A stretch of DNA of 64,000 nucleotides from Scenedesmus sp. PABB004 (lineage: Eukaryota): positions 558,001 through 622,000 of the forward strand of contig JABVCE010000007.1 in the NCBI GenBank assembly GCA_014905635.1, written 5' to 3'. Below are positions 1 through 10,110 of the stretch, piece after piece (the first letter of the stretch is position 1; every line of letters starts with the position of its first letter). The notes below the pieces were generated by a model. That model was not told the origin of the DNA, ran no database searches, and worked only from the letters and a program-made list of their open reading frames with translations. The translations under genes and the position numbers were made by a program.

Positions 1-1199
1 GCTGCAGCAGCGCAAAGAGGCCGCCCTGCCAGAAGCTGTAGCAGCCGTCGACGAGCTTGTTGGTGCGGCCGTTGAGCCCGCCCTCGACCCAGCCCTGGCG
101 CTGCGCCGCCCAGCGCAGCAGGCGCGGCAGGTCGAGCGCGTGCGGGCAGCCCGCCAGCACGAGCGCGGCGAGGCCGCAAAAGGTGTAGCCGCCGTGGGCC
201 TCGTTGCCCGGCTCGCCGCCCAGGCCGCCCTCGTACGTCTGCGGCGCGCCGCCGGCGCGGCGCCCGGCAGGCAGGCGGCAGCTCGGAGGCCGCGACGCGG
301 GCGGCGGGCGGCGGGCGGCGGGCGGCGCGGCGCGGGCGGCGCGGGCGGCGCGGCGCGGCGCGGGCGGCGCGGGCCGCGCAGGCGACTGGGCCGCGCGGGC
401 GGCGCGGCGCGCCTGGCAGCGCCGCAGGTAGTCCACCAGGCCCGACCGCGCCACGAGGGCGGGCACGTCGAGGCAGAGGTTGGAGGCGACCGCGAGCGCG
501 GTGTAGCAGCTGCGCGCGTCGCACTCGCCGCCTGTCCGCGGCGCGGCGCGCGCGCGGCGTGGGCGCGGGGCGGCGCGGCGCGCCACGCCGCCGCGGTGCC
601 GAGGGGGCCGCCCGCCCGGTGCTGGCGCGTGCGCCCTGCGCGCGCTGCGGCGCGCTGCGGCGCGCCCGGCCCGCGCACGCACCGTCGTGCATGCGGAACC
701 CGCCGCCCTGGTCGGGTGGGACGGCCATGCGGCAGAGGAAGCCATACAGGCGCCGCCGGTCGATGCTGGCGAGCGCCTCGTCGCCGCCGAGGCTCAGCAG
801 CGCGCCGACGGCGGCGTAGGTGGGCGCGAGGTGCGCCATCTGGCCCGGGCCGCCGCCGTAGCCGCCGTCGGGGTGCTGGCAGGCGGCGAGGAACGCGACG
901 ACGGGCAGCTCGTGCGGCGGCGGCCGGCCCAGCAGCGCGAGGCCGTGCAGTGCCCAGTAGGCGATCCAGGGCCGCGAGGCGTCCAGGCTGACAAAACCCG
1001 CCGGCAGCTCGCCGAGCCCCCCGGCGAGGAAGCGCGCGTGGCGGTCGCGCAGCAGCAGCAGCGCCTCCTCGCGCTCCCCCGGCTCCAGCTCCGCCAGCTC
1101 CTGGTACGCGTCCGCAACCTTGAGCTCCAGGGCGTGCTGCTCGCGGCTGGTCGGCGTCGGCGCGCCCGCGGCGGGCAGCGCCGGCGCGTCGTCCGCCAT
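1..1199 (-). CDS. FNTB: Protein farnesyltransferase beta subunit (3' end runs off the window; 2 introns visible)
   Basis: Spliced translation contains LDASRPWIAYW, GGYGGGPGQMAHLAPTYAAV, GGECDARSCYTA, QTYEGGLGGEPGNEAHGGYTFCGLAAL and GGLNGRTNKLVDGCYSFWQ, the hallmark prenyltransferase-beta repeats. ATG at 1199. Second intron has a GC donor. Confidence 0.95.
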   Translation of the reverse strand, partial: MADDAPALPAAGAPTPTSREQHALELKVADAYQELAELEPGEREEALLLLRDRHARFLAGGLGELPAGFVSLDASRPWIAYWALHGLALLGRPPPHELPVVAFLAACQHPDGGYGGGPGQMAHLAPTYAAVGALLSLGGDEALASIDRRRLYGFLCRMAVPPDQGGGFRMHDGACAGRARRSAPQRAQGARASTGRAAPSAPRRRGAPRRPAPTPRARRAADRRRVRRAQLLHRARGRLQPLPRRARPRGAVGPGGLPAALPGAPRRPRGPVACAARAARAAPRRPRRPRRAARRPPPAARVAASELPPACRAPRRRRAADVRGRPGRRAGQRGPRRLHLLRPRRARAGGLPARARPAAPAALGGAAPGLGRGRAQRPHQQARRRLLQLLAGRPLCAAA

Positions 1200-1572
1200 A
1201 GCGCTGCTCCGCGCCCCGCCCCGCGCGGCGGACGCCGCAGCGCAGCGCGCGGCGAGGCCCGGGACCAGGCAGCAAGCAGCTGGGGCCGGGCTGGGGCGGG
1301 CGGGGCCGACCAGTAGGTGCCGCTCGGCAGCGGCGCCAGCCGCAGCCTGCCGCCGTCGCGTGTCGCGCCGCGGAGCCCTGGTGAGTAACTGGCCTGCAGG
1401 CGGCGGCCGTGGCCAGGTCACACACGTCAGGCTCCTCCCCCAACAGCCCTCTTGCGCCCTCCGCAACAGCCGTGCTGCTGGCCGCCCGATCGCCGAGCCC
1501 CCCGCCGCCCCGCGCCCCCGCGCCCGCCGGCTCGACAGCGCTGCACGCAGGGCGTCCTAGGTCGCGCCGGTC

Positions 1573-2078
1573 ATGGCGGCTCGGCCGGCGCTGCGGCGCC
1601 TGGCGCAGCAGCTGCGTGGCATGCAGCGCTCGTTCGCTAGCAGCCAGCCTCAGCAGCGCAGCTCGGGGCTGCTGGGCGCCTGCGAGCGGCAGGGGATGGT
1701 CACGCTGCGCAGCTGCGAGCGCAGCAGGTGCGTCCGGGCAGCGCGCGCGCCGGGGCGGCGCCGCGGCTGGCGCCGCCGCTGCCGCCGTCGCCGTCGCTGC
1801 TGCCGCGCTCGCTGACCGGTCGCCCGGCGCCGCCGGCACGGCACCGCGCAGGTTGCTGCGGCAGCGCGGCAGCGCCATGCCAACGCTCGTGGGGCGCAGC
1901 GGGCGCGCGGCGCTGGCGGCGTGGCGCGCGCTGCACCACTCGCTCGCTGCGTGCGGCGTCGGTGCGTGCCGCGCGGGGCGGCGCCGGCGCGCGCGAGCGC
2001 GCGGGGCCGCGCGGCGGCGGCCCGGCCGTGATGCCAGCGCGCGCGCGCGCTGCTGTTGCAGATGACGACGGCACCTAA
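1573..2078 (+). CDS. Small hypothetical protein with mitochondrial-presequence-like N-terminus, ending DDDGT (3 exons; alternative last exon 2120-2136)
   Basis: MAARPALRRLAQQLRGMQRSFASS is Arg/Ala/Ser-rich with no acidic residues. GT-AG introns at about 1728-1851 and 1962-2061 keep the frame to G|AT GAC GAC GGC ACC TAA. Confidence 0.65.
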
Positions 2079-2294
2079 TGGGCCTCGCGCGCCGCGTCCA
2101 TCATCGCTGCCGCGTGCAGATGACGACGGAACATAACCAAGGCAGGAGGGCGCCGCCCTCGGCGCGGCTCGGCGGCGTGCGGAGCTCGGCGGCTGCCCGC
2201 GCGCGAGGCGCGGCGTGCGCCTGGGGTCGCTCGCGAGCGGTCGCATTGTGTGGCGCGGCCGGGCCATCCCCGGCATGAGCTTAACCGCGACCTC

Positions 2295-3183
2295 TCAGAA
2301 GATGCGCGGCGGGCCGTCGCGCTCGACGATCAGCGTGTCGCCCCGCACGTCCTGCGCGACGCGGTAGCGCTCGTCGACGTAGACCGTGTCAAACCTGACG
2401 GCGCGCGATCGCGACGGAGAGCGGCGCGCGCGCGCGCGTGAGCGGCGGCCGCAGCGTCGACACAGCAGGCCCCCCAGCGCCGAGAGCGGCATCGCGGGGT
2501 GCGCACCATCCCTTGCCGAACGGCGGCACGCCCCAGTCCCGCCCACCCGCCTTGAGCTTGGCCTGCAGCCCGCGCGCGCGCGCGGCAGGCAGGGCAGGGC
2601 AGCGGCGTCGGTGTCGGCGGGCCTCCGCGCCAGCGCCGGGCGCCGCCCGCTGCGGCCGCGCGCCCACCGCGTTGAACTCGAACGCCACGCGCTGCGGGCC
2701 CTGCACGGCGATGCTGCTGTCGACCACAAACGCGCCGTCCGGGGGGAACGTGATCACGTTCTGCAGGCGCCGCCCGGCGACGTCGATGACCTGGAACACG
2801 CCCCCCGCGGCCGTGCCGAACAGCGGCGCCACGGTCTCGACGATGAACCGTGTTTCTTTCTCGGTCGTCCACAGCAGCCGCCACGTCGCGGAGAGCTGCG
2901 CGTCGCCCGTCGTCGCGGCGCCCGCGGTCGCCGCGCGCAGCTCGGCGACGCGCGCGAGGATGCGCGCCGCCGTGCCCGGCGGCGTCGGCGCGCCCTGCGG
3001 CACCGAGCGCACGTCCGCGAGCAGCGCCTCGAGCGCCGGCGGCGGCGCCGCGCACGCCGCCGCCCCGCGCTGCCGCTGCCGCGCCGCCGCGCCGCGCCGC
3101 GGGCAGCTGCTGCTGGTGCTGCTGGTGCTGCTGCGACTGCTGGGCGGCGCGCAGCCGCCCAGCCGGCTGCGGCCGGCGAGCAT
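2295..3183 (-). CDS. Plastid lipid-associated protein / fibrillin (PAP_fibrillin domain), 3 exons
   Basis: LSATWRLLWTTEKET...VFQVIDV...LQNVITFPP...F.VDSSI, then PPFGKGW|FDTVYVDERYRVAQDVRGDTLIVER. N-terminus looks like a transit peptide. Confidence 0.9.
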
Positions 3184-3476
3184 TTCGGCTGCAGCTGCTG
3201 CCGCTGCTGCCGCTGCTGCAGGCACGAGGGTCTGCGTACGATGAGCGGCCAGCCAGCGCAGGGGTGTGGATCGAAGAGCGCAGAAGGAAGGGCGTCCGAC
3301 CAGCGCAAGCGTTTGGACCAGACCTGTCCGCTCGGGCGCCGCGGCGCGCGCCGCCGCAGCACGCCCAGCACCCTCCCCCCGAGGCACCAGTCGCCTCCCC
3401 GACCTCCACAAACGTCCCCCCGCGCAGCCTCGCACACAGGCTCCACCCCACACGCGGCCTCTCTCTGCCCCCAGCC

Positions 3477-4442
3477 ATGCAGCACCCGGTCGTCGCGAAG
3501 AAGCCCCGCGCCAAGCACCCGCCGTTCGCGGCGATGGTGTGTGAGGCGCTGGTGGTGCTCGGCGACGGCGGCCACGGCCTGGCAGCCATCAAGAAGGCGG
3601 TGGGAGCCAAGCACCAGGTGCGCAGCGACCCGGTCTGCTGCGGCGCTGCAGCGCCGCGCGGCGCGCGCGAGCGATGTCGGGCGGCCCGGCGCGACCGCGT
3701 CAGCGCGCCACGGACCTGCGCGGCGCCGCGCCCGGCACGGCCAGCTCAGCGATGCCCGTGCGGCGTGCCGTGTCGTGCGTGCGGCGCGTGGCGCGGCGCG
3801 CACGCGCGCAGGCGTGTGCGCGTGGCCCCTGCCGCACCTACGCGCAGCGCCGCGTGATGCGCCGGCCGCCGCCGGTGCCCGCACCAGCGCGCCCGCGCCC
3901 GCCGGCCCGCCGCCACACCGGCTCGCGCCGCCGCGGCGCGGCCTCGCGCCCACGGCTCACTGGCGTACTCACCCTCACCGCGGCCGCCCAGCTGCCCGCC
4001 GGCTGGGAGCGCCACGTGACGATGGCGGTCAAGGTGATGGCCGACAAGCACCTGCTCGTGCACACGCCCGGCCACGCCGGCCTCTTCCGCATGAGCAAGG
4101 CCCTGGCCGCCAAGCACGTGGTGCGGCGGCGCGCGCGTGCCGCACGGGGGACTGGGCGCTGCTGCCAGCGCGCGCCGGCGCGCGCTGCCGCCCGCGGCTG
4201 ACGCCGCAGCCCGACGCCGCCCGCCGCGCCGTCCCGCCACCGCCGCCCGCCGCGCCTCGCCGCAGGCCGCGCCCAGCAAGGCCAAGGCGGTGCCCAAGGC
4301 CAAGATGGTCAAGGCCAAGATGGTCAAGGCCAAGTCGCCCGCGATGAAGGCCAAGGCCGCCGGCAAGCCCAAGATGGCGGCCAAACCCAAGATGGCGGCC
4401 AAGCCCAAGGCCGGCAAGGCCAAGGCGGCCAGGAAGGCCTGA
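3477..4442 (+). CDS. Linker histone H1-like protein (divergent, 2 introns)
   Basis: Winged-helix-like HPPFAAMVCEAL...GLAAIKKAVGAKHQ|LPAGWERHVTMAVKVMADKHLLV...GLFRMSK, followed by a Lys/Ala/Pro-rich tail (AKPKMAAKPKAGKAKAARKA*). Confidence 0.8.
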
Positions 4443-5296
4443 GCGCCAGGGGCGGCGCAGCGGGGCCAGCGCCGGGGAGCGCGCGGCCTGCGCAGCGCGG
4501 TGCCCTGCGCCGCGGCCGGCTGCGCCGGGTGAGGGAGGATGGTCCGCCGCGCGTTGCGCGCGTGACGCGCAGCGCTGCAGTTTAAAGGACCTGTGCGCGC
4601 AGTTGCCTGTTCAACAAGTTTGTGATGAGCGGTGCTGGTTTGCAGTGTTTGTGTGCTGACTCGCTCGACGCGCGAGTCGTCTTTGACTGTGACCCTGACT
4701 CTGGCGGCTCCAACGCACGGTCTCGATGCTCACAACCGACCACCTCTCAACTGGCCACGCACCACCCATGGAGGCCTCGCGATCGCGCACTGCACAACAA
4801 CCCACCATCTTCACTGGCGGCTCTGGCTTTGACTCGAAGCGCCTCGGCGCTCGCCTGCAACACGCTGCGCCCACAATCGCGCGCCGGCGACGCGGCAGAT
4901 CCCGTGTGAGCCGCACCGAGGGCTGGCCGCGGGCCAGCAATCAGACTCTGCCAGCCACGGCGGGGCGCGCGGCGGGTGTGCGCCCCAACCGCGGCGCGAC
5001 GCGCCGCCGCGCGGCGGCGCCCCCCAGCAGACCCCGCCGCGCAGTGGCCAGCCCGGCACACCCACTCGGGTGCAGCCGCTCCCCCGAGCCCTGCAGCAGC
5101 ACACCGCGAGCGCACAGGCTGCAGCGCCCGCACCAAGTTTGCGGCCCGAGCTGCACAGCGCGCGGGGGCGGCTGCCGACGCGCAGGAGGCAGCTCTCCCT
5201 GCCTGCGCGAGGTGCAGCAGCGCTGCTGCAGCTCGCCATGCGCTAGCGACCACTGCAGCTCGACGCCCGCGGCCCCATCGGCGGCGCGTCGCCGGC

Positions 5297-7101
5297 ATGG
5301 AGCTCTCAGACTCGGTCTTTGGCGGGCCCGGCTTCGCCGCGCCTTGGGCGGCAGGCGCTATGGTGCCGTGGGAGGCGGTGCAGGCTGCACTCGCCATGGC
5401 GCGCGACGCGCTGCGAGCCAAGCAGCGCGTAGCCGAGGTGAGCCCCCGGAGCCGGGGGCGCCAGGCGGCCGGGCCGCGGCAGGGCGGCGCCGCCGCCGCC
5501 CCTGCTCGCGCCGCCCTCCAGCTCAGCCCGCGCCACCGCCGGCGCCGCCGCAGGCCCTGCAGGCCCGCCTGGACGCAGCCAGCTCCTCGCTGCCGGCGGA
5601 GCGAGAGCTCTTGCAGCGGGTGCGCCGCCGCGCGGCCTGCAGCAGCGGCCGCGCCGCACCGCGCCGCGCCGCTGTTGTTGCGCCAGCGGCGCCCACGCCG
5701 CGGCCGCGCGCCGCCGCCGCCGCAGGCCCAGCGCGCAGAGGTGGACTCGGGGCTGCTCCTGGAGGAGCTGCAGTCGCTCATCGCCGCAAAGAGCGACGTC
5801 GCGCAGCAGCGCGCCGGCCTCGCGCGCGCCAACGAGATGCTGCTGTGCGAGCGGCAGCTGCTCTGCGAGCAGCTCGAAGGTGCGCACGGCGCGCCGGGGG
5901 TAAGGGGGGGGGGGGGATGGGGGGCACCCGGCGAGCCGGTTGCTGTGGCGCTGGGCGCGTCGTGCGCGCGCGCCGCGCGCACGCGCCACACGCCGGCCGC
6001 GCGGCGCCCCGCGCACACACCGCCGCCGCCGCCCGCGCGCGCGGCGCCGCAGTCTCGCCCGACAGCGCCAACCTGTGTCAGGCGGTGCAGAAGGTGCTCG
6101 CCGCGGCCAAGCGCGCGCGCGCGCTGGAGGCGCAGACGCGCCTGCTGGCGCGCGGCCATCGCGACGTGCTTCTGCAGCTCGAGGCGGAGCGCGAGGAGGC
6201 GCGCCGCGCGGCGGACCACTGGCGCGCATGCGAGCAGGCGTATCGCGCCGCGCTGCTCGCCGCCGGCGCCGCGCAGCCGGAGCTGCCGCCCGCGCCCGCC
6301 GTGGCCGCGGCGGCCGCCGCCGCCGCCGCCGCGGGCGCTGCGGCGTCCGCGCCGGCGCCCGTGTCCCCCGGCAGCCTGGCCAGCAGCGCAGCAGCAGCGG
6401 CTACGGCGGCTGCGGCGGACGCGCCTGCGAGCAGCGGCGGCAGCTGCGCCAGCGGCAGCATGGCCGTTTACGCGGCGCTCCTGCAGCGCCTCGGCAGCGG
6501 CAGCGGGCTGCTGCCGGCGGACGTGGGCAGCCCCAGCTGCCACGTGAGCCGCGCGTGCGCGGGCGGCGGCCGACTATGCGCGCGCGCGCGCGCGCGCGCG
6601 CGGTCGCCAGCAGCAGCTCGTCTGCCGTCCCGCGTGCGCCCGGCCGACGCTCCCCGCCCGCCCGCCCCTGCCCCTGCCCCTGCCGCCGCCGCTGCCGCCG
6701 CCTCGCAGCTCCTGCTGCCGCCCACGCCGCCCGCGAGCGACCTCGCGTGCCGCGCGCCGCCGCTGGCGATGCGGCGCAGCCACAGCCTCGACTCGGGCCT
6801 CAACTCGCTCACTGGCCTGCTCGACCAGCTCGCGCTCGGGGCGCTCGGCTCGGACTCGGACGAGCTCGAGCGCTGCGACTCCGAGCGCGACAGCTGGATG
6901 CTGGTGGACGCGCTCTCGGACGAGCCGCCGCCGCCGCACGCGTGCCCCGGGGGCGCCGCGGGCGGCGCCTCCAAGGCCGCGCAGCACACGCACCGCCAGG
7001 GGCACGGCCAGCTGCTGCCCGTGGCCGAGGGCGCAGAGGACTCGCAGGAGCGCAGCGACGACCAGCAGCCGGTCGCGGGGCACGCGCTGAGCGCCGCGTG
7101 A
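5297..7101 (+). CDS. Hypothetical coiled-coil protein with low-complexity C-terminus (about 5 exons)
   Basis: Exons with coding-like codon use (MELSDSVFGG..., LLLEELQSLIAAKSDVAQQRAGLARANEMLL, RARALEAQTRLLARGHRDVLLQLEAEREEARR) joined by GT-AG introns. No family recognised. Confidence 0.6.
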
Positions 7102-7668
7102 GAGCGGGTGTGACGCAGCCGCCGCCCTGGCCAGCGCCGGGCGGCGGGGCGGAGCACGCGTGCGTCGTGTGCCATTCTTGTTGTTTCTGCTCTAGCCGGG
7201 AAGGGAAGGGCGACCGCTTTGACTCTTCTTTACGCACCGATACGCGCACCACCTGACCCAAGCGTGCCGTGTGACCTCCGACGCAAGCGCTGCAGCTGAC
7301 CGGGTGACGCGGCGGTAACACTTGCGCTGTCCCCGGCCTGTGCGGCGTCGCGTCTGGGCAAGCGCACAGCCAGCGCCGCGGGAGCCGGCTCGCGCAGGGG
7401 CCGGCGGCACGCCTCCGCCGCTGCTCCGCTGCGCGCCGCTGCTGCCGGCGCCGCCTAGTGAGCGCGCCGTGGCCGCGGCCGCGCGCGCCGAGTCGAGCGC
7501 GACAGGTCTGGGCCGCTCACAGCGCGGGCAGACCGGCGGGTGAGAGGGGCGAGGGCTTTTGATGCCGCTGCTGCCGCGCGCGCGGCCCGGCGAAGCTGCC
7601 GCCGGCGCGCGCGGCCTGCGGCGGCCGGCCGCACGCCGCTCGCTGACTGGCCGCTGCGGCAGGAGGGC

Positions 7669-9752
7669 ATGGCGGCCGCGCCGGCGCCGCCGCCGCACGA
7701 GGCCGACCCCCTGGCGGTGCTGCTGCGCCACCCGTCGGTCACTCGTAACCAGGAGGTCTGGAGCCGCCTGCTCGCGGCGGCGCCGGCGCTCGCGGTGGCC
7801 GTCGCCGCGCGGTGCGCGGGCGCCCTGTCCGCCCGCTTCTCGGCGCACGGGATCGCCGCCGTGCGCGCCTTTGCACTCTGGCTCGCCAAGCACGGCGGCC
7901 TGCTGCGCAGCCTGCAGCTCTCGCTCAACCTCGCGGGCCGCGAGCGCAGCGAGGCGGAGGCCGCGATCGCGGCGGCGCTGCAGCGCGCCGACGCGGCGGT
8001 GGGGCTGCAGCTCACGACCTACAGGAGCTACCCGGCCTGCGCAGGCCCTGTGATGCAGTACCTGCCCGCGTGGTGGCTGCGCGTGCTGGAGCTCGGCCCG
8101 CGCGCCGACTACAGCGACGGCTTTGCGCTGGAGGGCCTGACCCGGCTGGCCAGCCTCTCGCTGCACGGCGACACCGCCGACGTGCTGCTGCCCTCGGTCG
8201 CCGCGCTGAGCAAGCTCACGCACCTCACGCTCGCTGACGTGGCCGCCACGAGCCTCGCCAAGTTGAAGTGGGTGCCCCCGCAGCTGGTGGCGCTGCACCT
8301 CAGCCTGGCGCACATCCGGCGCGGCGAGGCGCTGCCGGTGCGGGGGCGCCGCACGCTGCGCGCAGCAGGCCTGCTGTGCGGCGGCGGCGGCGGCGGCGGC
8401 GGCCCGGCCCCGCGCGCCCACGCCGGCTCCCTGCTCCGCGCCCCGCAGTCACTTGTGCTGACCCACCTGACCGCGCTCACGTCGCTCTCCAGCGACGGCC
8501 GGCCGCTCGTGGTCCAGGCGGGCGACGCGCTGCCGGCGGGCCTCGCCGCGCTGCGCGTGCGCGACGTGCGCGCCGCCGCGCCGCTGCTGGGCCTCACGCG
8601 GCTGACAGGGCTGGAGATGAGCCTGAGCCTCACGCCCGCGGACGACCTGCGCGCGATCGCGGCGTCGCTGCCGCAGCTGGCGCACGTGGCGCTCTGCTAC
8701 GACGACACGCGCGCCGCCGCCGCCGCCGCGCCGGCATGGGCCGCGCTGCCGCTGCGCCGCCTGGTGCGCCGCCGCGCCGCGGAGCGCCGGCGCGGCGCCG
8801 CGCCGCGCAGTGCCGCGCCAACGCTCGGGCGCCACGCCGCGGCGCGGCGCGCCGGCGTCAGGACTTTCTGGCCGTCGGCGGCGGCGTGGACGCGGCGACG
8901 CTCGCGGAGCTGGGCAAGCTGCAGGGCCTGCTGCACCTGGACGTGCACGGCGGCGCGGGCTGCTGCCGCGAGTCGGGCGTGTTTGAGGCGACGCCGCGCG
9001 AGTTTGCGGCCGTGCTGGGCCGCATGACCGGGCTGCAGGTGCGGGCAGCGGGGCAGCGCGCGGGCGGCGGCCGGGAGGCTGCGCGATGGCGGCGGCGGCC
9101 CCGGGCGCGCCCGTCCGCGGCGGCCCGCCGCCACTGAGTGCGAGCGCGCCGCCGCCGCCCGTTGCCGCTGGCGGCGCAGGAGCTCGGGCTGCGCGGCTTT
9201 GAGCTGCTGCCCGAAGACCCGGCGCCGAGCGGCGACGCCGCGGCGGGCGGTGCGGGCGGCAGCGCCGACGCGCCCGACGCCGCTGCCGCCGCCGGCGGAG
9301 GCGACGCGGCGGCCAACAACGCCGCCGGCGCGGCGTTGGGCGCGGGCGGCCTGGAGGCGGTGATGGCTGCCATCGCCGGCCTGCCGCAGCTCAGCAGCCT
9401 CAGCTGGACCGCCATCTACGCGGCCAAGGCCTCGCACGCGCCGCTGACGCTCGACGAGGCCGCCGCGGCGGCGCTGTGCGGCGCGAGCGCGCTGACGAGC
9501 CTCTCGCTGTGTGACTGCGGGCTGTCCGACGCGGGAGTCAACGCCATCGCGGCGGGCCTCTCGCAGCTGCAGGTGCTCAAGCTGGACCAGAACCCCGGCG
9601 TCTCGCCGGACGTGCTGCCGCCGGCCGTCGCGGCGCGCCTGCGCCTGCGCGAGCTGAGCGTCCTGCGCACCGGCATTCGGCACCCCGCGTTCCGCGCGCG
9701 CCTCGTGGCCCTGCACCCCCGGCTCGTGGTCAAGAGCTCCGTGCGCGGCTGA
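7669..9752 (+). CDS. Leucine-rich repeat (RNI-like) protein, about 4 exons
   Basis: Repeated LxxLxxLxL motifs (LTRLASLSL, LSKLTHLTL, LTALTSLS, LPQLSSLSW, LTSLSLCDCGLSDAGV, LSQLQVLKLDQN). N-terminal FALWLAKHGGLLRSLQL resembles expanded chlorophyte LRR families. Confidence 0.8.
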
Positions 9753-10110
9753 GCGCGCGCGCGGCCGAGAGCGTGCGCGCGGCTGAGTGCGCGCGGCTGA
9801 GTGCGCGCGCGTGGGCCCCTGTTTTGCGCGCGCCGCCCCACTGCGATCACCCCTTTGTGCGGCGGGCGCGCGCCCTAGCGGGTGTGTGCGGCGCGACCAG
9901 GGCCGGGACGGTGAACAGTCCTGAGCCCCAGGGGATCGCCAGCAGCGACGCCGGCGCCGCCGGCTGCGCCCCACCCGAGGCGCGGCGGCAGGGCACAGCG
10001 GCGGCGCAACGACGGCGCCGGCGCTGGGTCGCGCGCGCGCGCAGCAGCCGCCCGCACCTTCCCGCCCGGCCCTCCTCCGCCACGACTCCCGCCAACGCCG
10101 CGCGAGCAGC

